Shown: piece by piece, positions 1-10,350 of the stretch | How the letters are laid out: each line of letters begins with the position of its first letter | How positions within the stretch are numbered: position 1 is the first letter of the stretch | NCBI GenBank assembly: GCA_964650965.1 | Contig: CAZYYO010000004.1 | Span: forward strand, 6,221 to 70,220 | Length of the DNA: 64,000 nt | Direction: 5' to 3' | Origin: an uncultured Lachnospiraceae bacterium | GTDB lineage: Bacteria > Bacillota > Clostridia > Lachnospirales > Lachnospiraceae | Translations under genes and position numbers: made by a program | Notes under the pieces: model-generated | Told to the model about the DNA's origin: nothing | Seen by the model: the letters and a program-made list of their open reading frames with translations, nothing else | Database searches by the model: none

Positions 1-97
1 AGTCCTGTAGGATTGGAGATCGTTACTTTCTTGCTAACCATTTCCAGCTGCCTCCTATATATAATATGTTATGTGTATTGTAAATTCTTCCTGATTA

Positions 98-1447
98 TTA
101 CAGCATGGTATTAATAATTAAATCTGCCAGCTCTCTGGCATCCTTATCTATTTCCTGCTGATTCTTACCTTCAATCATAACACGTACCAGTGGTTCTGTA
201 CCTGAAGGACGAATCAGAACTCTGCCTTCTCCATCGAACTTCTTTTCCAATTCTGCTATGGCACTGGCGATTTCCGGATACTCCATAAAGCTTTCCTTCT
301 TATGGTTCGGCACCTTGGCATTCACCAGTGCCTGGGGCAGGACTTCCATCACCTTCGCCAGTTCTGACAGTGGCTTCTCGCTTTCTACCATAACCTGCAG
401 CAGATGCAGTGCACTGAGCAGCCCATCTCCCGTGGTGTTATCATCTAGGAATATCACATGTCCTGACTGCTCCCCACCCAGATTGTATCCATTTTCCTTC
501 ATATTTTCCAATACATATCGGTCTCCCACTTTGGTTTTCTCAATATGCATATTCTGTTCTTTTCCCATGAGAGTGAAGCCCAGGTTACTCATAACCGTTA
601 CCACTACGGTATCCTTCTTCAGGGTTCCCTTCTGCTTCATATAATTAGCACAGATGGCCATAATCTCATCACCGTCTACCAGCTTGCCATTCTCATCTAC
701 CGCCAGCATACGATCTGCATCTCCATCAAAGGCCAAACCGATATCTGCCTTCTCATATACTACCCTTGCCTGCAGCTCTTCCATGTGTGTACTTCCACAG
801 TTGGCATTAATGTTGGTGCCATCTGGATTGGTATGAATTGCTACCAAATCAGCTCCCAGCTCTGTCAGCGTCTGCACAGAGGTCTGATAGGATGCTCCTT
901 CCGCACAGTCAATTACAATCTTCATGCCGGACAAATCAACCGGCACACATTTCTTCATAAAGTTTACATATTCTCTTTCTAAATCAAATCGGTACTCTAC
1001 CTTTCCAACGCCAGGTCCGATTGGAAGATCCATGTTCTTCATGTTGTCGGAAATCATTTCTTCAATCTCATCCTCTAAGGCATCGCTTAGCTTATAGCCT
1101 TCGCCATTGAAGAACTTAATTCCGTTGAATTCCATTGGATTGTGGGATGCTGATATTACTACACCTGCATCTACCTTATGCTTTCTGGTTAAATATGCAA
1201 TGGCAGGGGTTGGCATCACTCCTACATAAATAGCATTTGCACCAACGGAACAGATACCTGACATTAAGGCATTTGCCAGCATTCCGCCTGATATTCTTGT
1301 ATCACATCCAACAATGATGGTGGCCTGGTGGGAAGTTTCCTTCGTCAGCACATATGCTCCTGCCTGACCAAGCTTTGTTGCCAGTTCAATTGTTAATTCT
1401 TTACTTGCTACTCCCCGCACACCATCTGTGCCAAACAATCTTCCCAT
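98..1447 (-). CDS. glmM: phosphoglucosamine mutase
   Basis: N-terminus [14 protein letters not shown] and phosphoserine loop SASHNP. Sits downstream of cdaA-cdaR, as is typical in Firmicutes. Start trimmed from the ORF-track 1465 to Met7, which follows GAGGA. Confidence 0.93.
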   Translation of the reverse strand: MGRLFGTDGVRGVASKELTIELATKLGQAGAYVLTKETSHQATIIVGCDTRISGGMLANALMSGICSVGANAIYVGVMPTPAIAYLTRKHKVDAGVVISASHNPMEFNGIKFFNGEGYKLSDALEDEIEEMISDNMKNMDLPIGPGVGKVEYRFDLEREYVNFMKKCVPVDLSGMKIVIDCAEGASYQTSVQTLTELGADLVAIHTNPDGTNINANCGSTHMEELQARVVYEKADIGLAFDGDADRMLAVDENGKLVDGDEIMAICANYMKQKGTLKKDTVVVTVMSNLGFTLMGKEQNMHIEKTKVGDRYVLENMKENGYNLGGEQSGHVIFLDDNTTGDGLLSALHLLQVMVESEKPLSELAKVMEVLPQALVNAKVPNHKKESFMEYPEIASAIAELEKKFDGEGRVLIRPSGTEPLVRVMIEGKNQQEIDKDARELADLIINTML

Positions 1448-1502
1448 TTTTCTATCCTCTTTCATTCCTCATTTTCCTCCCGCTGGGAGGTTTCTTTTGT
1501 TT

Positions 1503-2741
1503 TTAGTGCTGTGTAATCTTAATTTTCGTTGTAGTGGTTGATGCTTCTAAGGCATCATCTAAATCCCATGTAATTGTCACTGGATGCACTGCGTCTATGG
1601 TAAGGCCGCTTACATCAATGGAACCTGTAAGGTTGGCTTCCTCTATTTTAGCCAGTTCTGATTCCAGTCCTGTTATGGTAACAGCTACCGTGCTGTCGCT
1701 GAAGGTAACCTTTTGCGTGCTGTCTAAGTTCTTCACTGTCAGATTGGCGGTAGGAACATTGTAGGTCTTACTTACCTTACTGGCAAGGCTTACCTTCACT
1801 GTTACCTGTGCCTTAGTGGAATCTACCAGACTTACATCATCCGGAAGATAGCTGGTGATATCTACAGTGGTGTTAAAATCCTCTGTAATTGTAGATAAAT
1901 CAACTACCGAGCTGGGAATTGTAATGGAGCTAATCTCATTAATTCGCTCTCCGTCTCCCTTAATTGCTATGGTTTCCGGACTGGTAGTAATCCGATCCAG
2001 CTGAAGCCCTGCTGCCAGCGTTCCTCGCGTATCTACATTAATCTTAACTGTCTTGGTTGTAAGCATGGTAACCGATACCTCTACCGTAGTTACACTAAGC
2101 TCTAAGCCTGTGGTATCCACCGGTTTCCCCTTACTGTCATATAGTATGGGCACAACATTTTCTCTAATATCACTGCTCATATCGGTTACATCACAGCTGG
2201 CAACCACCTTATTGATAGTGGAAACAATTTCTGCCGGTCCTGTAATGGTAACAACATTAGGGGATACACTGGTTTCTCCAACAGCACAGCCCTCTGCCGG
2301 ACTGCCTGTGGTTTCTGCGTCAATAACGAATTTCTGCGTCTTTCTATTTCCTATGGTTACCTGAAGATATTGCGTCTTGGCAGAAATAGAAATGGAATTG
2401 GATAATCTGCTCACTGAAATATCAATAGGTACGCGGCTATTATCCTCCAGGTAGTTCATATCTGCAGTGGCAATGAAATCCGAATTGGACAGGCGTTCAA
2501 TCACGGAACGCTTAGCTGTCACTCGAAAGCTTACTGTATTTTTACCATCATCAATGGTATAGTACTTGCCGGCATCTGTAAGAACCTGTTCATTTATTAC
2601 CTGTACTGTGGCTGTAAATGTTTTTGTCTGACTTGGGTCATCAATATTAACCACCAGAAGCCAAAGTCCCAGTGCAAAGCAGACAGCCAGTATCTTCAAT
2701 CCCACATTGGCTGTAAGAATGTTTTTAACTTTCGTCCACAT
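1503..2741 (-). CDS. cdaR: CdaA regulatory protein CdaR (YbbR-repeat protein)
   Basis: N-terminal TM helix followed by repeated beta-rich YbbR-like modules. Located between cdaA and glmM. Start overlaps the cdaA stop by 17 nt. Confidence 0.82.
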   Translation of the reverse strand: MWTKVKNILTANVGLKILAVCFALGLWLLVVNIDDPSQTKTFTATVQVINEQVLTDAGKYYTIDDGKNTVSFRVTAKRSVIERLSNSDFIATADMNYLEDNSRVPIDISVSRLSNSISISAKTQYLQVTIGNRKTQKFVIDAETTGSPAEGCAVGETSVSPNVVTITGPAEIVSTINKVVASCDVTDMSSDIRENVVPILYDSKGKPVDTTGLELSVTTVEVSVTMLTTKTVKINVDTRGTLAAGLQLDRITTSPETIAIKGDGERINEISSITIPSSVVDLSTITEDFNTTVDITSYLPDDVSLVDSTKAQVTVKVSLASKVSKTYNVPTANLTVKNLDSTQKVTFSDSTVAVTITGLESELAKIEEANLTGSIDVSGLTIDAVHPVTITWDLDDALEASTTTTKIKITQH

Positions 2742-3666
2742 GGTGCACCCTCCTTTTCAAAATTCCCGGCTTCTCGGAATCGGTATCCGGTTCATCCTGC
2801 ATCTGAAGCTTATTCAATTCTTCCTCCAGCTGCTTGTCGCTTACATTTCGCTGAAGCATTCCATCTCTGGCAATGGATACATTTCCCGTTTCCTCTGATA
2901 CTACAATGGTAAGTGCATCTGATACTTCGCTGATTCCTACTGCAGCTCTATGTCTGGTTCCCAGCTCCTTGCTAAGCTCCATATTATCTGACAACGGAAG
3001 GTAGCAGGTAGCTGAAACCACACGGTCTCCCCGCACAATAATTGCCCCATCATGAAGGGGGGTATTCTTCTCAAATATATTAATTAACAGCTGTCTGGAC
3101 AATAAGGAGTCCAGGGTAATTCCTGTTCTTTCATATTCCGACAGCTTTACATCCTTCTCAATCACAATCAGGGCTCCTGTTTTCACAGTGCCCATCTCAT
3201 AGCATGCTTTCACTATGTCATTTTTGGTTTTATCGTCAAACCGCTTCACAGCCCCCTTCATTAATCCAAAGGAGGATAGAATACTAAACAAATTCTTTCT
3301 TCCCAGCTGCTCCAGAGCCCGGCGAAGCTCAGGCTGAAATACTACAATCAGTGCAATGACTCCTGCACTGAGCATCTTCTCTCCCAGCCAGAGAATGGTA
3401 TGCATCTGAAGAATTGCCGCTATCATAAAGAATCCTATAATAATTAAAATTCCTCGAAACAGCATCCATGCTCTCGTATTCTTAATCCATACCAGAAGCT
3501 GATACAAAAACACCGATATTATGATGATTTCCACCACATCCGTTGGATGCATGGTAGGGAGATCCAGTCCAAAATAATCGCTGAAGAAAGCACTGATTGT
3601 TCCTATTAAATTATCCACCAGATCACTTCCTTTCCTTTCTTCTAAAGCTTCGTCGAATGTTAGCAC
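2725..3666 (-). CDS. cdaA: diadenylate cyclase (c-di-AMP synthase)
   Basis: Three N-terminal TM helices plus DAC-domain motifs TPLHDGAIIV, GTRHRAAVGISE and VSEETG. The start could instead be the internal Met (MHPTD), because 3623-3666 overlaps the upstream ORF. Confidence 0.92.
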   Translation of the reverse strand: MLTFDEALEERKGSDLVDNLIGTISAFFSDYFGLDLPTMHPTDVVEIIIISVFLYQLLVWIKNTRAWMLFRGILIIIGFFMIAAILQMHTILWLGEKMLSAGVIALIVVFQPELRRALEQLGRKNLFSILSSFGLMKGAVKRFDDKTKNDIVKACYEMGTVKTGALIVIEKDVKLSEYERTGITLDSLLSRQLLINIFEKNTPLHDGAIIVRGDRVVSATCYLPLSDNMELSKELGTRHRAAVGISEVSDALTIVVSEETGNVSIARDGMLQRNVSDKQLEEELNKLQMQDEPDTDSEKPGILKRRVHHVDES

Positions 3667-4594
3667 TGTTTTGTGTCTGTTCTGTGATTTTCTTCACTTC
3701 AATATCATCCTGTGCCACCTTCACCTTAGGCACAGCTGTAACATAATAATAATATTCATCATCTTCAAATTGTACTCTCTCCACTCTGGTATAATCCAAA
3801 TCCAGAATAAAGAAGGTAAACACATATCCCACCACCAGCAAAACAATATTGCTGATAATCAGGGTAGGAATTCTTGTTGCATTTCCGGTAACCAGATATC
3901 CTGTGGTCATAATAACAAACTCAGCTGCCACACCTGCAATCGATGCCTTCAGCCATGCGTAATCCATATCTCTGTTTCTTAGAGAATATACCATAAGAAA
4001 CATTACCACCATGGCAACCATGTAGAAGTAAAACATCTGATCATTTAACATCTTGCTTCGAATCAAATCTAACGCGGTTATCTGGGTAGAAGAATCCAAA
4101 AAGAGAGATGCGTTCTCACTTACCACCTTTAAATAATAGGAAAGGATACCGCCGGCAACGATTGTTACCAGTTCATTGATATTTCTCAGAAGCCCTGCAC
4201 CTAGCGGAATCGCAAAGGGAACAGATAGCTGATAGCACACAGAAATGGTCATAAGATTATATGTGTTCTTACCTCGAAAATATCCACAGGCTGCCAGCAT
4301 AATTAATACTCCTGCAAAAGCAGTAAGGGCAACTCCTGTAGACAGGCTCATCAAATGGATAAATCCATAAACCATTACCACTGCTGTCAATCCCTTCATA
4401 GGCAGAAATGCACATGCAATAGCAATAATAACTGCCAGCCACCAGTGGCGTAAGGAAATCATATAGCCAAATTTATCATTCACAATCAGTAATCCGCATA
4501 AAGCAACTACAAAATTCCACACACGAACTACATCTCGTTCGTGTCCAACAATATATCGTCTGATTTTATCTCTGAATGCAGCAAATTCTGTCAT
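3623..4594 (-). CDS. polytopic membrane protein, unknown function
   Basis: 323-aa ORF with about 7-8 hydrophobic helices and a charged C-terminal tail. Its ATG directly abuts the TAG stop of the upstream ORF (TAGATG). I recognise no family. Confidence 0.6.
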   Translation of the reverse strand: MTEFAAFRDKIRRYIVGHERDVVRVWNFVVALCGLLIVNDKFGYMISLRHWWLAVIIAIACAFLPMKGLTAVVMVYGFIHLMSLSTGVALTAFAGVLIMLAACGYFRGKNTYNLMTISVCYQLSVPFAIPLGAGLLRNINELVTIVAGGILSYYLKVVSENASLFLDSSTQITALDLIRSKMLNDQMFYFYMVAMVVMFLMVYSLRNRDMDYAWLKASIAGVAAEFVIMTTGYLVTGNATRIPTLIISNIVLLVVGYVFTFFILDLDYTRVERVQFEDDEYYYYVTAVPKVKVAQDDIEVKKITEQTQNSANIRRSFRRKERK

Positions 4595-5014
4595 CTAGTC
4601 CCAACCCTCCGGAGCTTTCTCATGCTCCTCTAGTTCATACATTTCTTCTAATTTCTGATAATCCTTCTGAATCGATTTCAGTAATTCCTTGCTCTCTCTG
4701 TATTGCTTGCCGGCGTATCGCCGTATCGCCCTGAGATACAGATAAATATATCCGGTATACAGCACCAGCCCTACCAAAATAAGAATAACCACTACGCCGT
4801 AGCTTAAGTTATTAATTACCGTAGAGAACAGTGTCATAGTTAATATTCCATATGCCAGCATAAAAAACAGTGTGCCTGCTGCCAAACCAATGAGACTGTT
4901 TAGCGTAACAAAGTCTTTTTTGCTGTAATGAAGTGCAATCTGGTATTTTCTCCCCTGCTTTTCCTCAAACATGGCCATTTTGGTCATTTGTTTTACTCGT
5001 TCTTCATTTATCAT
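4595..5014 (-). CDS. small membrane protein, unknown function
   Basis: 139-aa ORF with a cytoplasmic N-terminus, two TM helices and a charged coiled-coil-like C-terminus. Translationally coupled to 3623-4594. Confidence 0.58.
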   Translation of the reverse strand: MINEERVKQMTKMAMFEEKQGRKYQIALHYSKKDFVTLNSLIGLAAGTLFFMLAYGILTMTLFSTVINNLSYGVVVILILVGLVLYTGYIYLYLRAIRRYAGKQYRESKELLKSIQKDYQKLEEMYELEEHEKAPEGWD

Positions 5015-5027
5015 TCCATCACCTGAC

Positions 5028-5435
5028 CTATTTCAGAAATCTCATACGTTCCTTGTCTGTCATGTGGGAGAAATACTGCTCCTCATCAATCGGCTTATTT
5101 CTCATTGCTCCACCCAGCTCTGTTCTAAGCCGGCTCTTACAAGCATCACAGTAGCGTCCTGTACGTATATTGGCTCCACACACCTCGCACTCAATTCCTA
5201 CAGCAGAGCCCTCTGCAAATTCCAGACGCTCTTCCCGAACCCATTGACGTATCTGCTTAATAGAAACATCATTATCCTCTGCCACAACCTGAATGCCCAC
5301 GCCGGGATTATTTCGTACGTACTCTTTTACCTGGGCAAATTTCTTCTCTAGTCCCTCCTTGCATACTGGGCATATGCTGGGGCCACTTAGATAATTAAAT
5401 AATCTTCCACAGTTTCTGCAATTACGTACATCCAT
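5028..5435 (-). CDS. YvyF-like flagellar-operon protein (TIGR03826-type zinc ribbon plus HTH-like region)
   Basis: CRNCGRLF...CPVC zinc ribbon, then KEYVRNNP...IKQIRQWVREERLEF, and a C-terminal CEVCG...CDAC ribbon. Lies immediately downstream of comFC, as yvyF does in Bacillus subtilis. Confidence 0.72.
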   Translation of the reverse strand: MDVRNCRNCGRLFNYLSGPSICPVCKEGLEKKFAQVKEYVRNNPGVGIQVVAEDNDVSIKQIRQWVREERLEFAEGSAVGIECEVCGANIRTGRYCDACKSRLRTELGGAMRNKPIDEEQYFSHMTDKERMRFLK

Positions 5436-5449
5436 ATCTCTAATTCCTC

Positions 5450-6154
5450 CTAAAATCCCTTACCAATACAGATACATATAAAATATATCTCTTGTACTCC
5501 CGCCTGAAGCAGCGCCTGAGAAACAGCATCCATCGTGCTTCCAGTCGTATAGATATCATCGATTAATAATACTCTTTCTAATTGTACTCTATTTCCTGTT
5601 ATTTTGAAAGCATTTTTAAGATTCTGCTTCCGTTTCATGTCGCTAAGGTTTTTCTGAGCCACCGTATTCTTTACTCGCATCACCAGATGTTCTTCCACAG
5701 GGATTTGTGTCTGCCTCCCCAGCTCCCTTGCCAGTACCTTGGCCTGGTTATACCCCCGCCTTCTTTCCTTGCTTTTGTACATCGGTATGGGAATAATTGC
5801 CTGAATCCCTTTTTGCTTGATCCATGTTTGGTATTGTTCCATTAGTTCAGCTGTAAATACTCTGCTGTAGCATCTTCGATTACTGTATTTCAGGCGATAC
5901 ATTGCCAGCTTCATAGGGCCTTCATAGAGATACACCCCTTTTCCCTGGGTATAGAAATGATGCTTCCTATGGCAGTCATAGCAGTATTCCTTCCAGCTTT
6001 CCTCCAGCTGCTTTCCACAGCGTTTACACACTGGTTCCGTAACAACGGTAATCTCCTTTTTGCATTTGGCACAAAAGCCTTCTTCTTCAACCAACTGATC
6101 ACACCCTGGACACCTGGGTGGGAATAATATGTGCCGAATTTCCTGCTGTACCAC
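5450..6154 (-). CDS. comFC: ComF family protein (phosphoribosyltransferase-like, ComFC)
   Basis: N-terminal CxxC clusters (CPGC, CAKC, CKRCG, CYDC) and a C-terminal PRTase motif VLLIDDIYTTGST. Confidence 0.85.
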   Translation of the reverse strand: MVQQEIRHILFPPRCPGCDQLVEEEGFCAKCKKEITVVTEPVCKRCGKQLEESWKEYCYDCHRKHHFYTQGKGVYLYEGPMKLAMYRLKYSNRRCYSRVFTAELMEQYQTWIKQKGIQAIIPIPMYKSKERRRGYNQAKVLARELGRQTQIPVEEHLVMRVKNTVAQKNLSDMKRKQNLKNAFKITGNRVQLERVLLIDDIYTTGSTMDAVSQALLQAGVQEIYFICICIGKGF

Positions 6155-6355
6155 ATTTTCCTCTTTCTACTCTCTCCTATTGTGCTTTGCAGGGCACACT
6201 GTATATGTTCACATTATAATTTATTCTCAGGAAAATTTGTTGTAAAAACTCCTTAATTTTTCATGAATTGTTATGAACTTTCTATGAATTGGGATTGACT
6301 TTCTCTTCTTATGTATATAAAATCAACTTGTTGCAGGTCAACATGGAGGAATACT

Positions 6356-7666
6356 ATGTTTAAAATGAAAAAATTTGTAAGCTTTGCAGTGATGGGTGCT
6401 TTGGCCGTTTCCTTGATTGGTTGTGGCAAAAAATCCGTTTCCTACAAACCGCTTACTGATGATAATGAAGAAACCTATCAAATTACAGTGTGCCAGGCCG
6501 AAAATAATGACTATGAGAATCAAATTACTCTGGGATTTACGGATGCATTAAATGATCTGTTTGGTTCTGCTCATGTAAATCTAGATATGCAGGTTGCAAA
6601 TGCTGATGCTTCCACAGACACCATCTGTATGAATGCTGTAGCCAGCCAGACCCAGTTACTATTTACCAATGGTCTGAATGCATTAAATTCAGCCGTTGCT
6701 GCAACGGACAGCATTCCAGTGGTTGCCACGGATGTGATCGATTTTCACAGTGCACTGCACATTTTCTCAGACCAAGATGCCGAATGGGACCGCTTATCCG
6801 GTACAAATGTCACCGGGATTTCATCTCTAGCGCCCATTGATAAGCAGTTGTCTCTTTTGATTGAATCAACGCCTAACTTGGAAACGGTTGGCATTATATA
6901 TCGTGCAGATGATACTAATGCTATCTATCAGAATGAGATTTTAGAATCTTATCTGGATCAGGCAGGCATTCCCTGGAGAGAATTCGAAATCCCCAGTTCT
7001 GAAGACAATACTTCAGACCAGCAGGAAATTGATACCAGTTCTGCTATTGCTCCTTCGAAGCAGGTAGCTTCTTCCTCAAAAGAAGGCAGTAATATGGATG
7101 TGGAATCTATTGGACAAGGCAATTTGATTAGTGGATTGATTTCCCCTTCCAGTGCAAGAACAGCTAAAACCTCTGCCACATGGATGGGACCGAAAACCGG
7201 CGGTGAAGAATTAATTCTAGGAGAAGATGCCTCCGCCCATGACATTATAAGAGATGCATGTATGCAAAGCAGTGCGCTCTATATTCCAGCGGAAAGCCTT
7301 CTAACAGATCAGATGAGTTATATTGGTGAAACAGCTACAAATGCCGGAGTCGTTACCCTGGGTGGAGATACCTCATTGGGTGAAAATTCCCTGGTTTCTC
7401 TCTATAACGACCCCTATAATATGGGCTATGCTGCCGGAAAGCTTGCATACCGTATTCTGGTAAATGAAGAAGATCCGGGCACCATAAAGATTAATACTGC
7501 CAATGGTACCCTTCAGAAATTATATAATAAGAATTTTGCAGACAGATTACAGATGAGCTTTCCTAAATCCTTTGCAGAACGAAGCGAATATTTATCTACT
7601 TATGAAATTGGTTCTCAAACCACAAGAATTGAGTCTGACCAATCTTCGGATACGGCCACAAATTAA
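6356..7666 (+). CDS. lipoprotein, ABC-transporter substrate-binding-like (ABC_sub_bind-type) with a low-complexity insert
   Basis: Signal peptide plus lipobox (LIGCG). Start set at MFKMKKF after GGAGGA. Promoter TTGACT-17-TAAAAT at 6295-6323. Contains a Ser/Thr/Asp-rich insert of about 90 aa. No permease or ATPase gene is adjacent. Confidence 0.6.
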   Translation: MFKMKKFVSFAVMGALAVSLIGCGKKSVSYKPLTDDNEETYQITVCQAENNDYENQITLGFTDALNDLFGSAHVNLDMQVANADASTDTICMNAVASQTQLLFTNGLNALNSAVAATDSIPVVATDVIDFHSALHIFSDQDAEWDRLSGTNVTGISSLAPIDKQLSLLIESTPNLETVGIIYRADDTNAIYQNEILESYLDQAGIPWREFEIPSSEDNTSDQQEIDTSSAIAPSKQVASSSKEGSNMDVESIGQGNLISGLISPSSARTAKTSATWMGPKTGGEELILGEDASAHDIIRDACMQSSALYIPAESLLTDQMSYIGETATNAGVVTLGGDTSLGENSLVSLYNDPYNMGYAAGKLAYRILVNEEDPGTIKINTANGTLQKLYNKNFADRLQMSFPKSFAERSEYLSTYEIGSQTTRIESDQSSDTATN

Positions 7667-9888
7667 TCGATAACACATTCTATAATACGTTCTTTCAGTC
7701 CGGAATATCGCTTCTGTTGGGATGTATTATCTATCATTTGATAGAAGGTATTCTCATCTCCTACCAGGGTCACACATTTCCTAGCTCTGGTAACCGCTGT
7801 ATACAGCAAATTACGATTCATAAGCATGCGGGGGCCTGGAAGCAAAGGTATCACTACTGCCGGATATTCACTTCCCTGAGACTTATGAATGGTAATGGCG
7901 TATGCCAGCTCCAATTCATCCATACTTTTAAATGGGTATTCTACCATTCTTCCTTCATCATAGGCTACCGTAATGGTACTGGTATATTCATTGATTTCTT
8001 TCAAAATCCCTGTGTCCCCGTTAAATACACCTAATCCCTTATCTATGGGAATCCCATACTTACTTTGTATTTCCCACTCTAGCTGATAATTATTTTTAAT
8101 CTGCATCACCTTATCGCCTTCGCGAAAGATACGTTCCCCATACTGCTTCTCTACCTTTCCCTTGGAAGGTGGATTCAGATACTGCTGTAGAATGGTATTT
8201 AATCGTTCCACTCCCAGCAGTCCCTTTCTGGTAGGGGTCAGCACCTGGATGTCATAGCTGGTAGCATCTACAAACTTAGGCAGTTTCTGTTGAACCAGCT
8301 GAAGCATAACGTGAATAATATGGTCTGCATCGTACCTTTTCAAGAAGAAGAAATCCATGCTTTTGTTATCTAATGCAACATGCTCTCCTCCATTGATTCT
8401 ATGTGCATTCAGGACAATATCACTCTGGGTTGCCTGGCGAAAAATTTTCTCCAGCTTTACCACAGAAAAGCTCTTAGATGAGATAATGTCTCTTAATACA
8501 TTTCCTGGTCCCACACTAGGGAGTTGGTTAATATCGCCCACAAGTATCAATCTTGTGCCATCTGCTACTGCTTTTAGCAGCGCATATAACAGTGTGATAT
8601 CTACCATGGACATTTCATCCACTATAATCACATCTGTCTCCAGGGGATTTCTCTCATTTCGTTCAAAGCTCCCTTTGTCACTTTGTGGAAGGGAAGCATC
8701 CTTCTCTTCCATTCCACCGCTTACCTCCAGCATTCTGTGAATTGTCCTTGCTTCGTAGCCTGTGGTTTCACTCATACGCTTGGCTGCTCTGCCTGTAGGT
8801 GCTGCCAGAAAAATATCATAGCCAGAATTTTCAAAATACTTTATCATGGCTTTGATTGTAGTTGTTTTTCCTGTACCAGGGCCTCCCGTTAGAATAAACA
8901 GTCCATGAGTAACTGCCTGCTTCACTGCTTCTGCCTGTTTCTCGTCCAACTGCATATGCTCTTGTTTCTCTATGCGGGCAATCGCAGCATTTAATTCGAT
9001 TTGGGGCACATCATAGGTTACATCCAGTTCCCGCAGCATTCCTGCAGAGAGCTCCTCCATCCGGTAAAAGCTTTGGGCATATACCTGTTCCCCCTTAACT
9101 ACTAATTTTTTATCCATCGCCAGGTTCATAATGTGACTTTGGATATGCGTTGCTTCCACTCCCAGCAATTCATAGCTTCCTTCTATGAGACGTTCCATGG
9201 GAAGATAGGTATGACCATTTCCTGCTGCATTGGCAAGTACATATAAAATCCCACTGCGAATACGGAAATCAGAATCTGTTCGGATTCCTACTCGATTAGC
9301 GATTTCATCTGCAATCTTAAATCCTATACCAGAAATATCCTCTGCCATACGATAGGGATTCTCCTTAATCACCTTGTAGATTTCCGGTCCGTATTGGTTA
9401 TAAATCTTCACTGCCAAATTGGTATGGATTCCATATTTCTCAAGAAAGATCATAGCATCCCTTAAGTCCTTTTTCTCCACCATCTGACTGGAGATATCCA
9501 TAGCCATCCGCTCACTGATTCCTTTTACTTCTGCCAGCCGTTCCGGTTCTTCTTCTATGATTCGAAAGGTATCCTTCTTAAACCGGCGGACAATTCTTGC
9601 TGCCAGCGCAACGCCAACGCCCTTCACTGCGCCAGAACCCAGATATCGTTCCATAGAAAGTTCATCCTCCGGAGCCTTCACCTGGAAATTCTTCATAGAA
9701 AATTGTTCTCCATAGGTGGGATGGCTGATATATTCCCCCTGCATGGCCAGGTTCTCCCCCTCGCTTACCGCCGGGAAAATTCCCACACAGGTGATTTCCT
9801 CTTCATTGCTTATAAAATTTAAAACAGTATAGCCATTATCTGCGTTTCGATAGATGATGTGGTCTACGTATCCTTGTATGTCTTCCAT
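7663..9888 (-). CDS. recD2: ATP-dependent RecD-like DNA helicase
   Basis: SF1 helicase motifs: Walker A GGPGTGKTT, Walker B IIVDEMSMVD, LVGDINQLPSVGPG and AITIHKSQGSE. N-terminal HhH-type region. Confidence 0.9.
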   Translation of the reverse strand: MEDIQGYVDHIIYRNADNGYTVLNFISNEEEITCVGIFPAVSEGENLAMQGEYISHPTYGEQFSMKNFQVKAPEDELSMERYLGSGAVKGVGVALAARIVRRFKKDTFRIIEEEPERLAEVKGISERMAMDISSQMVEKKDLRDAMIFLEKYGIHTNLAVKIYNQYGPEIYKVIKENPYRMAEDISGIGFKIADEIANRVGIRTDSDFRIRSGILYVLANAAGNGHTYLPMERLIEGSYELLGVEATHIQSHIMNLAMDKKLVVKGEQVYAQSFYRMEELSAGMLRELDVTYDVPQIELNAAIARIEKQEHMQLDEKQAEAVKQAVTHGLFILTGGPGTGKTTTIKAMIKYFENSGYDIFLAAPTGRAAKRMSETTGYEARTIHRMLEVSGGMEEKDASLPQSDKGSFERNERNPLETDVIIVDEMSMVDITLLYALLKAVADGTRLILVGDINQLPSVGPGNVLRDIISSKSFSVVKLEKIFRQATQSDIVLNAHRINGGEHVALDNKSMDFFFLKRYDADHIIHVMLQLVQQKLPKFVDATSYDIQVLTPTRKGLLGVERLNTILQQYLNPPSKGKVEKQYGERIFREGDKVMQIKNNYQLEWEIQSKYGIPIDKGLGVFNGDTGILKEINEYTSTITVAYDEGRMVEYPFKSMDELELAYAITIHKSQGSEYPAVVIPLLPGPRMLMNRNLLYTAVTRARKCVTLVGDENTFYQMIDNTSQQKRYSGLKERIIECVID

Positions 9889-9923
9889 GCGTCCCTCCTT
9901 AGGACAAATTATATCATAAATAG

Positions 9924-9945
9924 AGACCTGCGGAAGCAGGTCTCG
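9924..9945 (-). terminator. hairpin between the flagellar rod cluster and recD2
   Basis: GAGACCTGC-ggaa-GCAGGTCTC, a 9-bp stem with only a weak U-tract. An extended -10 for recD2 (TGATATAAT on the minus strand, about 9908-9916) follows. Confidence 0.5.
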
Positions 9946-9966
9946 TGAGTTTCACTATTTTATTTG

Positions 9967-10329
9967 TTAATCAATACCATAATTGCGTTTCATCTGGTCT
10001 ACCAGCTGGTCCGTTAGCGTACCGCCATATTGATCCACCATGGTTTCTGCAAGCTGTTGCAGGGTGGAGTCCATATACATATCTGTGTACTGGGACGTGG
10101 AGCTGTCCTCTTCTTCGTCCTTTGGAATCATGGTTTCCTTCAGATTCTTCATGACCTGCTCTAGCATATATGATTCGAAGGATTCGCAAGCTTCCACCAA
10201 ATCCTCTTCTGTAGATTCCGAAGATAGTCCCTGCAGTGCATTGCTGGCATTACTGCTGGATGCTGTACTGCTGGCATGATTCATTGTTGTATCTAAATAT
10301 GATGACATTCCATCCATTGATAAACTCAT
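9967..10329 (-). CDS. flagellar rod-binding protein (FlgJ N-terminal-domain-like)
   Basis: 120-aa acidic protein with FESYMLEQVMKNLKETM, which resembles the rod-binding domain. Lies directly downstream of the two rod genes. Confidence 0.6.
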   Translation of the reverse strand: MSLSMDGMSSYLDTTMNHASSTASSSNASNALQGLSSESTEEDLVEACESFESYMLEQVMKNLKETMIPKDEEEDSSTSQYTDMYMDSTLQQLAETMVDQYGGTLTDQLVDQMKRNYGID

Positions 10330-10350
10330 CCTATGTTACCTCCGCTCCTG

